Under the pieces are notes generated by a model. It made no database searches. It was given only the letters and a program-made list of their open reading frames with translations, and was not told where the DNA came from. A stretch of 24,418 bases of DNA, taken from a virus. Its lineage: Duplodnaviria; Caudoviricetes. The stretch's first letter is position 1. Every line of letters begins with the position of its first letter. The position numbers and the translations under genes were made by a program. Shown piece after piece: positions 1 to 8,645 of the stretch. The DNA lies in IMG/VR virus record IMGVR_UViG_3300024051_000127, positions 1-24,418 of that record; one strand, given 5' to 3'.

Positions 1-1146
1 TCAACTGTTCAGATTTGCCGAGCCACCTCTGGTAATGTTGCCGGACTGCGCGGTGAGCGGCTGACGGCCAAGCTCGCGCAATTGCTTCTCCGTCTTGTCC
101 ACCTCGTCGGAGCAGAAGGTGAGAGACGTGCCCTGCGGCTCGATGGTAGTCCATTCGCCATGCTGCCCGTCGCCGGACATCGGAGCGTAGAGAACGCCGA
201 ATGGCCCGACAGGGATAGGCTTCGGGTTGCCGTCATCACCCACGTCAGGACTGACGCCATTGCCGGCCAGCATCGCGAAAGCGGTGCGCTGACGCATGTA
301 TTTCAGCTCGCTCTCCTGCTGGTAGTGTTCGATCTGGAGATGAGCGGCCGACTGGAGCGCGGGCCGGATCACCCAGCCGGAAAGCCGCTTGCCGGTGACG
401 AATGCGAAGAGCGGGATGTACCCGATGGAATAGTTTCCCGTACCGATAGACACCCACTGTTTCTTGCCGCCCTCGGCGTCCTGCTTCTCGAAAAGTTCCC
501 AGATGGGCGGCCCGGCAGCAACAGCATCACCGCTATCATTGTAGGCCACCTCTCGATTGATCACACGGACGCGTTCCTTCACCACTTCGCCGTAACCGTC
601 GCGCTGTTTGGCATCCTCCTTGATGCGGGCATGGACGAAGGTTTCCTTGCCGGCGATGGTCTCGGAATAGACAGCCAGCAGCCGCGTGGCGGGGATTTGC
701 ACCCAGTACGGCCGCGCACCTAGCGCGCGCTCCTCGGCCACCGTCGCACCAGCAGGAACGCCTTTGGTGAAATCGACAAAAAGCCAGGTGATCGAGTCCG
801 TTACGCCCGAGAGGAAGGTGTTCGCCGCCCACACATGAACGTGGTTGCCCTGCCCGTCGATGTCCTCTAGCAAGTCCTTGACTGCATCGGCCTTCTCGAC
901 GCCGATTTCTTGCTCAAAAGGCTTGGAGGCAAGCGTGTCGACGATATCACCAAAGATGTTGGTGAACTTCGCCGCCGCGAGGCGCGTGTCGTAACACTTC
1001 TTGCTCTCGTGCTCGAACCGAGGCAGGTAGGTCTCACCCGCCGCGCGCATAGTGGCTGTTCCGCCCATGATCGCCGTCACCATCGCCCAATACGAACGCA
1101 TAGCTTCGTAGTCGGACGATGGCGTGTCCGGTCCTTTTTCCGTCAT
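1..1146 (-). CDS. Phage portal protein (DUF4055-like), probably C-terminally truncated
   Basis: Directly follows terL. Contains GGTATMRAAGETYLP and RPYWV motifs typical of this portal family. Ends abruptly at SGNITRGGSANLNS. Confidence 0.8.
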   Translation of the reverse strand: MTEKGPDTPSSDYEAMRSYWAMVTAIMGGTATMRAAGETYLPRFEHESKKCYDTRLAAAKFTNIFGDIVDTLASKPFEQEIGVEKADAVKDLLEDIDGQGNHVHVWAANTFLSGVTDSITWLFVDFTKGVPAGATVAEERALGARPYWVQIPATRLLAVYSETIAGKETFVHARIKEDAKQRDGYGEVVKERVRVINREVAYNDSGDAVAAGPPIWELFEKQDAEGGKKQWVSIGTGNYSIGYIPLFAFVTGKRLSGWVIRPALQSAAHLQIEHYQQESELKYMRQRTAFAMLAGNGVSPDVGDDGNPKPIPVGPFGVLYAPMSGDGQHGEWTTIEPQGTSLTFCSDEVDKTEKQLRELGRQPLTAQSGNITRGGSANLNS

Positions 1147-1150
1147 GCAA

Positions 1151-2551
1151 CTATCCTGACTGCGTTCCGAAGAGAGCTTTTGGCCGATCAATCAACAACG
1201 CGTTGAAGGCGCGGCTCGTACTATCCGCGTCGTCATCGTGCTTTGCCTCTGGGAACCCTTCCAAAGCGGAGAACCACACCTCATTCCACGGTCCACGAAG
1301 AACGAGGACATTGCCGGCTTCGGCCTGAGCTGAAAACGGCGAGAAGCGCGTTACCTTGTCTCCAGATTCGGGCGTTGCCCTCGCGGAGAAACCTGCCAGC
1401 ATCGTGATTAGACTACGAACTTGCGACTTCCCCGCTTGTCCTGGGTCTTGAGGAAGCGATATTTCAACGTCGCGGCCATCAGCTGAGGCCGTGTTTTTGA
1501 TCAACGTTTCAACGCCGTTCGGCGACAACCAATCGCTGACATTATGTGCGACAATGTACCGTCCGTCTGGGAGTTTGCCGATCTTCGTTCCGGACGTCGC
1601 ATCAGGGTCGCCCCCTTCAATTTTAGGGGTTGCGGCCAAGTCCCACCCCCGGCACCAGCGGACAACGTTTGCCGGAATAGCATCAACAACCTGACACCAG
1701 CCCCGCTGAAACAGTAGCCCGGACGCCGGCCTTATCTTCCAGTTTCCGCCGAGGAGACGTTCCCGCTCCACGGTCGGCTGCGCCATGAGATTGGCGAGAT
1801 ATCCCGGGTCAGCCGCCATCAACATGGCGTTGTCGCTGAGCTTAGCCGGGATGAAGGTAACGGACTTCGCCGGGATCGGCTCGCCCGTCAGCGGATTGGT
1901 ATGGTGGGCCAACTCCTCGGGACTGTGTGCCCATATGATGGTGTCGCCGATCCGAATGAACCAGCGTAGGACGCCAGCCCGTTCGGGGATGGCTAATCCG
2001 GTCTCCTGATCGATCCACCAGGCAATGAACTCGGCAACCCAGCTATCCGCATCGGGGTTGCACGTCGCCCTGACGTAAGGCCGGATGCCGCACATCGAGC
2101 GGTTGCGGCTTAGCATGTACCAGAACTGCTTGGCGCTGAAATGGGTCAGCTCGTCGAAGCAGATGAGCGGAATCTGCGACCCCTGCCAGTTATAGATCGT
2201 CTTCTCGTGTTCGAGGTGGGCGAAGGCCACCCCTGCCCCAGACGGGAAGGTCCAACTGAGATCCGGCGCTGATCGCGGATTCGCGCTCAGGTGCGGATAG
2301 AGCTTTTCGCTTTCGTCCCACAAGCCTCCTTCGTTGCGGACCTGAGTGAGGTTGCGGCGGAAGAATACCGCGCCGAATGCCGGGTTACCGACATGACGCA
2401 GCGGCTCCATGAGAAGTGCCCATGTCTTCCCGCCACCTGCCGCGCCGCCATAGATCGCGATATCAGCGGGCGACGAAAGAAAGGTCGTTTGTGGCCCTGG
2501 TTGCGGCCTGATTATCGTCTGGGCTGCCGCGCCCTTCTCATCCCCTGCCAT
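1151..2551 (-). CDS. terL: Terminase large subunit
   Basis: Walker A GGAAGGGKT, Walker B ICFDE, motif RATCNP, and C-terminal nuclease motifs GWDLAA and HDDDAD. Confidence 0.95.
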   Translation of the reverse strand: MAGDEKGAAAQTIIRPQPGPQTTFLSSPADIAIYGGAAGGGKTWALLMEPLRHVGNPAFGAVFFRRNLTQVRNEGGLWDESEKLYPHLSANPRSAPDLSWTFPSGAGVAFAHLEHEKTIYNWQGSQIPLICFDELTHFSAKQFWYMLSRNRSMCGIRPYVRATCNPDADSWVAEFIAWWIDQETGLAIPERAGVLRWFIRIGDTIIWAHSPEELAHHTNPLTGEPIPAKSVTFIPAKLSDNAMLMAADPGYLANLMAQPTVERERLLGGNWKIRPASGLLFQRGWCQVVDAIPANVVRWCRGWDLAATPKIEGGDPDATSGTKIGKLPDGRYIVAHNVSDWLSPNGVETLIKNTASADGRDVEISLPQDPGQAGKSQVRSLITMLAGFSARATPESGDKVTRFSPFSAQAEAGNVLVLRGPWNEVWFSALEGFPEAKHDDDADSTSRAFNALLIDRPKALFGTQSG

Positions 2552-3002
2552 TGTCGGGCAACTGGAAGATCGTCACCGGCGATACTGGCACCGGCAAATC
2601 CTTTCCGTCCTTCCCTGTCAGCTCGCGCCGGTTGGTGTAGCTGCCGCCGACTTCCTCTGCGGCTTGCTTTAGCAGTGAAGATGCCAGCACCATGTTGCCC
2701 TGCCCCTCTGCCTTGTCGGCCATGCGCTGAAGAGCGCGAAGGCGAACGGCGCGATGGCTGATGGCGATGGAGGCCGTATCCTCAAGGAACGTCTTGCGCG
2801 TTTCCTCGAACAGCGCTTTCCAGCGCGCGGCGACATTGCGGCCTGCCTTCTTCGTCGGATCATATGTCTCGACGAGCTGCGGGCTCAGCGTGACGCCGAA
2901 ATCCTTCTTGACCGAGGCGACGACGACAGAGGGCGTATCGAAGCAGGCGAGCGCTTGAACCACGTAGGTTTGCTGCTCACGGGTGAGTTTCGGTTTAACC
3001 AT
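2538..3002 (-). CDS. Terminase small subunit (DUF2280-like)
   Basis: Motifs LACFDTPS, YDPTK and ELTGKDGKDL. Overlaps the terL start. Confidence 0.85.
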   Translation of the reverse strand: MVKPKLTREQQTYVVQALACFDTPSVVVASVKKDFGVTLSPQLVETYDPTKKAGRNVAARWKALFEETRKTFLEDTASIAISHRAVRLRALQRMADKAEGQGNMVLASSLLKQAAEEVGGSYTNRRELTGKDGKDLPVPVSPVTIFQLPDNGRG

Positions 3003-3026
3003 CGGTCTATCAAGGTGCCTTCAAGG

Positions 3027-3650
3027 TCAGGCGACACGCAAATTGCAGGTCCCGCATGCATGCTCGATGTGGGCGCGGGCAACCTCTGGCGGCCGGCTGG
3101 CGGCGTCTACGAGCTCGCGCACACCGGCGGCATCTGCCCCATAGCGACGAACCACGCCGATGAACTGCTCTACGTCATGCCCGCGGATGGTGAAGACCGG
3201 GCGGCCGGTCATGCTGTTGAACTTCGGGGCGCCGAAACTGTCGACGTCCTGGGCGGCGTGATAGAGCTCGTGCTCGACCAGCGCCATGAACTCGGCATCG
3301 CCGCAAGCCGCGCAGTAGTTGGCATCGAGCGTGATGATGAAATCCGGCACTGAGCCGAACCATTCCGTGATCTGTTGCTCGACGCGGGCCTTCGCCCATT
3401 TGCCCATCGCGCCTTGCGGCGTTCCGGTCTCGCACTGCCCTATGACACGCTTCCCCTTGCGGGTGTTTTCGACGGCGGCCCAGAGATAGCCGATGTGGGC
3501 GTCGGTAAGGTGAGCGTGCTCGGGATTGGCGACGGGCGAAGCTTCGTCCAAAAACGTGCCCCGCACCCACTCCGGCATGTCGAGCGCGGGCATGAACGGT
3601 GAACCATCGACCCCGAACATGCTTTCCGGTGGTTGTGGGCGGTCGGTCAT
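3027..3650 (-). CDS. Putative phage metallopeptidase
   Basis: HExxH motif (EHELYH) plus RGHDVEQFIGVVRRYG. Usual position upstream of terS. Confidence 0.8.
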   Translation of the reverse strand: MTDRPQPPESMFGVDGSPFMPALDMPEWVRGTFLDEASPVANPEHAHLTDAHIGYLWAAVENTRKGKRVIGQCETGTPQGAMGKWAKARVEQQITEWFGSVPDFIITLDANYCAACGDAEFMALVEHELYHAAQDVDSFGAPKFNSMTGRPVFTIRGHDVEQFIGVVRRYGADAAGVRELVDAASRPPEVARAHIEHACGTCNLRVA

Positions 3651-3761
3651 GTTCAGCCTCAATTGACTTGAAGCCCCTACCTCTACCCTCCACCGAGGAT
3701 ACAGAGAGAAGCACCTGAGAAGCCGGACCTAAGCCCGGCTCTCGTTTTGGGGATGCGGGGA

Positions 3762-3908
3762 TTAGGGGATACTCCGCGCTCGAATGGCGCGCTGGAACTG
3801 CTGCCAACAATCCCATGTCTCCGGGTGATCGGCGCCCAGCGTGTTGAACAGGAACTCATAGCTTGCGGCGAGTTGCTTCAAGATTGCCGTCTGCGTTCCC
3901 ACGTTCAT
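3762..3908 (-). CDS. Small hypothetical protein (48 aa, not in ORF track)
   Basis: AAGGA SD followed by MNVGTQTAILKQLAASYEFLFNTLGADHPETWDCWQQFQRAIRARSIP*. Confidence 0.6.
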   Translation of the reverse strand: MNVGTQTAILKQLAASYEFLFNTLGADHPETWDCWQQFQRAIRARSIP

Positions 3909-3938
3909 GGGCTGGTTCCTTTCTGCTGGGATGGAGGG

Positions 3939-4133
3939 TTAGGCGAGCAAGGCCCAGATGAGCCAGGCGACGAGAGCCGGGATTGCGGCGATGATGAGGA
4001 GGAAGCCGTTCCACACCTCGGGAAAGCTGTAGTCTCCGCCGCCACTGGTGAACTTCGAGACGGCATAGCCATAGGAAAGTACCGTGACGGCGAGCGGCAG
4101 CAGCCACCAGCCGAATGTGATGGTGATGTCCAT
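3939..4133 (-). CDS. Small membrane protein (64 aa, two hydrophobic segments)
   Basis: AGGAG SD. Sequence MDITITFGWWLLPLAVTVL...FLLIIAAIPALVAWLIWALLA. Confidence 0.7.
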   Translation of the reverse strand: MDITITFGWWLLPLAVTVLSYGYAVSKFTSGGGDYSFPEVWNGFLLIIAAIPALVAWLIWALLA

Positions 4134-4267
4134 CGCTCTCTCCTGAAATGAGAACCCCGTCACCAGTGAAGGCGACGGGCTATTATCGGCTGGCGAAACT
4201 ATGAAGCTGGCGGTCAGATTATAGTAACGGCAGGTGTTGGTATAATCTGGCCGTGGGCTATGCCGTA

Positions 4268-4380
4268 TGGGGTCGGGAAGGCCTTTCGGCTTGCAGCGGG
4301 CGAACGCATCTAGCATCAGCGCATCGCGTTCAATCAAGCTGCCGGTGGTCCCGTGCACGTCGGGCCGTGCTGCTTCCCGA
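4268..4380 (-). ncRNA. Putative structured RNA closed by a TCGGGAAG/CTTCCCGA helix, ending CCCCA
   Basis: Inverted repeat 4273-4280/4373-4380, internal GCC-GAAA-GGC tetraloop hairpin, 3' CCA. Confidence 0.4.
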
Positions 4381-4426
4381 TCTCGTTTAGCGAGTTTATC
4401 CCTTTATAGGGTGATCTCGCTATAAA

Positions 4427-4515
4427 TGGTCGGGAAGGTGCGACACTCGCCCTTTTCTGCTGCTTTGCGCGATCACGATAACGCCATCGTGTCCGCCGGC
4501 TAGCAGCCTTCCCGA
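4427..4515 (-). ncRNA. Putative tRNA-like RNA closed by a TCGGGAAGG/CCTTCCCGA helix with 3' CCA
   Basis: 9-bp terminal helix followed directly by CCA. Inner stems GCTGCT/AGCAGC and CACGAT/ATCGTG. Confidence 0.45.
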
Positions 4516-4599
4516 TGGGCTTTGGAATGGGCCGAGCGTTGCGCGCTGGTCTCTGGCTTCTCAGCTTCCGCTTCTATCCAGCGCGCCGCCATTCCAAAC

Positions 4600-4676
4600 T
4601 GGTTGCGGTGGCAGGATTTGAACCTGCGGCCTCCAGCTTATGAGGCTGGCGAGCTACCGGGCTGCTCTACACCGAC
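4600..4676 (-). tRNA. tRNA with CAU anticodon (fMet-like body)
   Basis: GTCGGTG TA GAGC AGCCCGGTA GCTC G CCAGC CTCATAA GCTGG AGGCC GCAGG TTCAAAT CCTGC CACCGCA A CCA gives a full cloverleaf with encoded CCA. Confidence 0.9.
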
Positions 4677-4778
4677 AAGAGACGGGCGCGACTGGTGCGA
4701 ACCAGCTTTCAGCAGCGATTACGCTCTAACTGTGATCCGCGCCCTAATGATGAAGTCGCCCCTAAGCGCAAATCACCA

Positions 4779-4818
4779 CTATAGTTTTCATATAGCGGAT
4801 TCGGGTTCCGAGTGGAAT
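4779..4818 (-). promoter_or_regulatory. Putative late promoter with downstream -10-like repeat
   Basis: ATTCCA-N17-CTATAT (4818-4790) just after the late regulator gene. A second CTATAG lies at 4779-4784. Confidence 0.5.
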
Positions 4819-4824
4819 CCCTAT

Positions 4825-5385
4825 TCAAGCAGTTTTCCTCATTTTTCCATTGTTCTCATAGCCGAAATGCACGGCGAGCGCGGTCAACCCCTGCTTCAGC
4901 ATTTCTACATAGGCACGCTGTAGGTTCTTGCTCTGCGCGAGGTCGGAAACAGCCCTACCCTCGCCGGCAACCTTGACCATGACGTCATATCCGATACCGA
5001 GGACGCGGCGGCAATCAGCAAGGTCGATACCGGCCTGCACCTGATTGTCGGAAAGCGCCGAGCGAGGCCCTCCACCATCGACCGGCTCGCGGCTGTAGTC
5101 GAAAGATCCAGCCCCGGCGCCGCCGAGAGCTTCCCAGATGCGCCGGAATCGCTCCCCGGCCTTCACCTGCGCGTCGTCGATGAGCTTTCGCTGCTCCAGC
5201 ACGACGAGCGCGCTTTCCTTCATGTTCTTGACCGCATAAACCTTCTTCGGGTTCCACGTCTCGCCATCGTGGGCCCGATTGTAAAGCGGGTTGTCGATCT
5301 CGCTGAGTTCGGGCTTGGCTTGGCTGTGACCGACCGCCGCCAGATCGATGCCGCCGAGCCTTGCCTTCCGTCCTCGTCTTGCCAT
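4825..5385 (-). CDS. DUF6456-like late transcription regulator (Q position)
   Basis: Motifs AGERFRRIWE, DYSREPVDGG and LKQGLTALAVHFGY. Last early gene before the late leader. Confidence 0.7.
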   Translation of the reverse strand: MARRGRKARLGGIDLAAVGHSQAKPELSEIDNPLYNRAHDGETWNPKKVYAVKNMKESALVVLEQRKLIDDAQVKAGERFRRIWEALGGAGAGSFDYSREPVDGGGPRSALSDNQVQAGIDLADCRRVLGIGYDVMVKVAGEGRAVSDLAQSKNLQRAYVEMLKQGLTALAVHFGYENNGKMRKTA

Positions 5386-5410
5386 TGTGGTGTTCCTCGT
5401 GTTCCGCCGT

Positions 5411-5659
5411 TCAAACTGCTTCAGGCAGTGACCATGTGTAGCCCTGCCCGCCGTGAGAGTATTTGCTCCTGATGAAGTGCCCCTCGTCGGCAAGCTCCTG
5501 CATCCATGTCCGCAGGAGCGATGGTGAGAGGAGAATGCCGTGATCGTGTATGAGACGGAGCCTCAAGTGGTAGGCCTCACCGTAAAACCGACTGGCGCCG
5601 ATGATCGTTACCGCTGCCGCCCTAAGCTGCTCTTTCCGTTCTTTGCGCGTCATCCTCAC
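5411..5659 (-). CDS. Hypothetical protein, possible winged-helix
   Basis: Coupled in the operon. C-terminal LRTWMQELADEGHF...YTWSL. Confidence 0.6.
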   Translation of the reverse strand: MRMTRKERKEQLRAAAVTIIGASRFYGEAYHLRLRLIHDHGILLSPSLLRTWMQELADEGHFIRSKYSHGGQGYTWSLPEAV

Positions 5660-5967
5660 CCCTCCTTGCCGTTGAGGGCGGCGTCAATCATGGCGCGGTG
5701 CTTATCAGCCACATATTCAGACCAGCGATATTCGCCGCTGATGGTGACGTTGAGAGCGAATGCAACGCCGCTATCGATCATGGCTTTGGAAGGCTCCCGC
5801 ATCGCCTCTATGGCGGCGCGGGCCATGGCTTGGTAATGGCCCTCCTCGACCGCAAGGCGCACATACTCGGCCATCGTCTCCATCGGCACGTCCGGTATAG
5901 ACTTCGCGGAGGCGTTCAGATCGGCAACCGCGATGGAGTTCGCCACTTTCTCGATCATATCATTCAT
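5656..5967 (-). CDS. Phage hypothetical protein
   Basis: AGGAGG SD. ARAAIEAMREPS motif common in alphaproteobacterial phage proteins. Confidence 0.7.
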   Translation of the reverse strand: MNDMIEKVANSIAVADLNASAKSIPDVPMETMAEYVRLAVEEGHYQAMARAAIEAMREPSKAMIDSGVAFALNVTISGEYRWSEYVADKHRAMIDAALNGKEG

Positions 5968-5995
5968 GGCTGGCCCTCCTTGCCGTTGAAATTCA

Positions 5996-6208
5996 TCATT
6001 CGATCCATCCTTTCCGCAGCGCGGTCGCAACAAGCGCCGTTGAGCGATGAACGCCCGTTATCGCCATTGCCGTGGCGATGTAGCTGTTCGTCGTGCTCGG
6101 GGAGATGCCGAGCTTGATGGCAATCTCCTTTGCCGAAAAGCCATCCGCTATCAGCGATACGATCTCGATCAGGCGGGCTGGCAGCGGGCATTGCGTGGTA
6201 GAAGTCAT
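5996..6208 (-). CDS. Stand-alone LuxR/GerE-type HTH protein
   Basis: LIADGFSAKEIAIKLGISPSTT...LVATALRKGWI. ATGA-coupled start. Confidence 0.85.
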   Translation of the reverse strand: MTSTTQCPLPARLIEIVSLIADGFSAKEIAIKLGISPSTTNSYIATAMAITGVHRSTALVATALRKGWIE

Positions 6209-6411
6209 GCTGCTGCCCTCCCCGCTTCTGTCTTGGCGGGCGGAGCCCATATTTCGCCGATGGCCCAGAGGAAAATTGCGCCAGTCGGAAGGGCGTGCTT
6301 TTTGCAAAGCGCAACGAATTGATCCTGCGACGGGCAATCCGTGAACTTTGTCCATCCATCGAAAGACAGATCATCGGCGCGGCGCTGGTGGTCTTTGCGA
6401 ATATCCCTCAT
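6205..6411 (-). CDS. Hypothetical protein
   Basis: ATGA-coupled at both ends. Confidence 0.7.
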   Translation of the reverse strand: MRDIRKDHQRRADDLSFDGWTKFTDCPSQDQFVALCKKHALPTGAIFLWAIGEIWAPPAKTEAGRAAA

Positions 6412-6854
6412 GCCGATGCCCCTTGCTTGAAACCATCGACGAGCTTGCGGACGCGCTCGATCATGGCGGGGTCTTTACGCGCCGCCGGGGCGGTGAGCGC
6501 CTGATAGGTCTCGCGCTTACGGACCAGATCCTCGCGATACCGCGCGGCCTCTGCCCTCGCACGCTTTGCCAATTCGGCCGGTCGGGGCATGAAAGAATAA
6601 TCCATGTCGGTGTACTCGCCCTGGCGGATGCGCCGCATGGCGTCCTTGAGGCCGATCTTCGGGACCGACCGCAGTGCGATGGAATACTCGTGAACGATTT
6701 CAGCCGGCGGGATACCGGCAGGAACCGCCATGCCGGCCCGCTTCATCGCATCGATGCAGGCGGCAATGGTCTCAGCCGAGGCCGGGGCCAGATCGTCAGT
6801 GAGCGCGGTAATCTCGCGCTCCAAGGTCGAGGGTGTTGCCGGTAAATTCGTCAT
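6408..6854 (-). CDS. Replication-associated protein (P/helicase-loader position)
   Basis: Follows the initiator gene. Contains a YSFMPRPAEL motif. Confidence 0.6.
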   Translation of the reverse strand: MTNLPATPSTLEREITALTDDLAPASAETIAACIDAMKRAGMAVPAGIPPAEIVHEYSIALRSVPKIGLKDAMRRIRQGEYTDMDYSFMPRPAELAKRARAEAARYREDLVRKRETYQALTAPAARKDPAMIERVRKLVDGFKQGASA

Positions 6855-7506
6855 CGGTTTTTCGTCCTAGAACTTTGTCGATTTCGCGTTGGCAGTCGTC
6901 TTGGTGCTGCTGGAAGGCGGTCTTTCGGGGCGGGGCTTGAGACTGCCGGGGCACCCTGTCGTCATATTTGCCCTCGATCAGACCGTTGAAGCTCTTCGGC
7001 TGGCAGAGGAAATCCAGATCGGCGCGCCAGCCCCGGTCGTTCTCGCCGCGGCAGAACGCGCTGGCCGCCATTCGCCGGCAGGCCTCGCCCCAAACATCCT
7101 CGCCGTGCTCCCGAAGCCGGGCCTCGATCTTGCGCCGACGGTCAGCCGTGATCCGACGAGGGACCGGCAAACCGGCTCTGGAAGCCTGATCCGAAAACAC
7201 CTCGATTGCCCGATCCGTGGGGGAAGAGCCCCCTTTAGGGGGCGAAGGGGGTATGGATTGAAGGGGTTTAGGAGAAGGGGGTGTGGGGGAAGAACCTTCC
7301 GGGGAAGAAAGGGGCGGTACTTCCGCAGATTCCGCAGAATTCCGCAGACGTTTACGCTCGCGATCCTTGGCGCGGCGGCGTTCGGCCTGCTCGTCCACGA
7401 TCTTCAGTGGCTCTCGATCAGCCAACGCGGCGGCGGTGCGCCCGATGAGGTCGGGGTCTACGCCAGCGCGCACGAGATCAGCAATGATAGCGGCGACATC
7501 GCTCAT
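6796..7506 (-). CDS. Phage replication initiator (O-like)
   Basis: Pro/Ser linker and C-terminal GENDRGWRADLDFL...LIEGKYDD. Carries internal DNA repeats. Confidence 0.75.
   Translation of the reverse strand: MSDVAAIIADLVRAGVDPDLIGRTAAALADREPLKIVDEQAERRRAKDRERKRLRNSAESAEVPPLSSPEGSSPTPPSPKPLQSIPPSPPKGGSSPTDRAIEVFSDQASRAGLPVPRRITADRRRKIEARLREHGEDVWGEACRRMAASAFCRGENDRGWRADLDFLCQPKSFNGLIEGKYDDRVPRQSQAPPRKTAFQQHQDDCQREIDKVLGRKTDDEFTGNTLDLGARDYRAH
7321..7348. repeat. 3x TTCCGCAGA, candidate iterons/origin
   Basis: Copies at 7321, 7330 and 7340 inside the initiator gene, next to G-run-rich DNA at about 7218-7316. Confidence 0.5.
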
Positions 7507-7510
7507 TTCG

Positions 7511-8077
7511 TCACCACTCAACGCGCCGGATGGCGGAATCTAGCTGATCCGTCCAACTCGGGCCGCGCCATATCTCCGCCCCACGGACGCGAACGACATC
7601 ACTCACGCCAAAACGGTTTCGGAGGTCTCTGTCCCTGTAATCGTCCCTGGCGAAGTCGTGATATTTCTTTCCGTCACACTCGACGGCGATCATCCTTCGG
7701 CTTGGAAACGCAACCAAGAAATCAACGCGATACGGGCCAAGCGGATACTGAGGGACTATCACGAAATCCGAAGCGTCGAAGGACGCGGGAATGGCTGAGC
7801 AAATGGAAGCGTACATAGGATACTTGAAATCGTGGCCGTATCCTCGCCCCGCCATTTGATAGAGCGCGACCTGCTCTATAGGGCTCTCGCACAAAGTTAC
7901 GACGCGCTCGATCTGAGGTATGACGGCGGAATAGATATGCGCGGGAATACCCGTCATTTCGTCGCACCGGGCAATTGCCGCCCTGTCGTCAAAGCGCTTC
8001 CATGACCTGGAATGCCGCTTGGCACGGTCTTTTATTTCAGCGAGTGTAATTCTAGCGACATCGCCAATCATCGGCAT
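7511..8077 (-). CDS. DUF559/Vsr-like endonuclease domain protein
   Basis: ESPIE, PQYPLGPYRVDFLV, IAVECDGKKYH, RDRDL. Confidence 0.8.
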   Translation of the reverse strand: MPMIGDVARITLAEIKDRAKRHSRSWKRFDDRAAIARCDEMTGIPAHIYSAVIPQIERVVTLCESPIEQVALYQMAGRGYGHDFKYPMYASICSAIPASFDASDFVIVPQYPLGPYRVDFLVAFPSRRMIAVECDGKKYHDFARDDYRDRDLRNRFGVSDVVRVRGAEIWRGPSWTDQLDSAIRRVEW

Positions 8078-8274
8078 CAGCCCATCTCCTTCGCCAACGA
8101 CAAAGAGACGGCCTTAGCCTCCGATGGGGCGAACATGGTAAGCCATGCCGCCCACAACGCCCTTGCGGCTTCAATGTCTGTGGATGCCCCTGTTTCGTCG
8201 GCCCGCTTCTGAGCGGCGACATATTCCGACCAGCGGGCGTCGATATGGGCGTGCAGGGAAACGACGTTGCTCAC
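8077..8274 (-). CDS. Hypothetical protein
   Basis: Coupled ORF in the operon. Confidence 0.7.
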   Translation of the reverse strand: MSNVVSLHAHIDARWSEYVAAQKRADETGASTDIEAARALWAAWLTMFAPSEAKAVSLSLAKEMG

Positions 8275-8645
8275 TTTATCACCTCGACATCTATACCGTA
8301 CAGCGCCTTGACGTGCTTCTTCGCCCGCTTGAATTCGCGGGTCTCGACGCCCTTCACGTCGATGACGCGGAACCGATCTTCCTGCGCGTCCCAGAAGGCG
8401 AAATCGGCTGTGTACTTTCCGATGAATTGGCCGTTGACGATCAGCGGGAATTCCGGCTGGCAGGCGAGCGCGTATATTTCGCCAGCACGCAAGCGGACAC
8501 GGAGACCGGCGAGATACTTCCTCTCGGCTTTGCTATCGATGCGCCTGCCGTCTTCGACTGTGGCGATGGCCCCGAACTTGTTCTCGCGGGCGTTGTCACC
8601 GGATAGCCTCTGGCGGTATTCTGCGGCTGACATGCGTTCGGTCAT
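8271..8645 (-). CDS. DUF1064 family PD-(D/E)xK protein
   Basis: NKFGA, DSKAE, QPEFPL, YTADF, DVKG. Confidence 0.85.
   Translation of the reverse strand: MTERMSAAEYRQRLSGDNARENKFGAIATVEDGRRIDSKAERKYLAGLRVRLRAGEIYALACQPEFPLIVNGQFIGKYTADFAFWDAQEDRFRVIDVKGVETREFKRAKKHVKALYGIDVEVIK

Noticed and set aside
3939-4133. Calling the 2-TM protein a holin
   Set aside because: No adjacent endolysin and no charged C-terminus.
4159-4176. GTCACC...GGCGAC as an extra CI operator
   Set aside because: Spacer is 6 nt rather than 5, so it is better explained as an RNA hairpin.
5392-5412. Clustered GTTC as a second LexA box
   Set aside because: Spacings are 5 and 4, not 7.
5646-5653. ATGACGCG near the start of gene 5411-5659 as a target of sRNA copy 1
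   Set aside because: Only 8-9 nt of complementarity, within chance expectation without a computed interaction.
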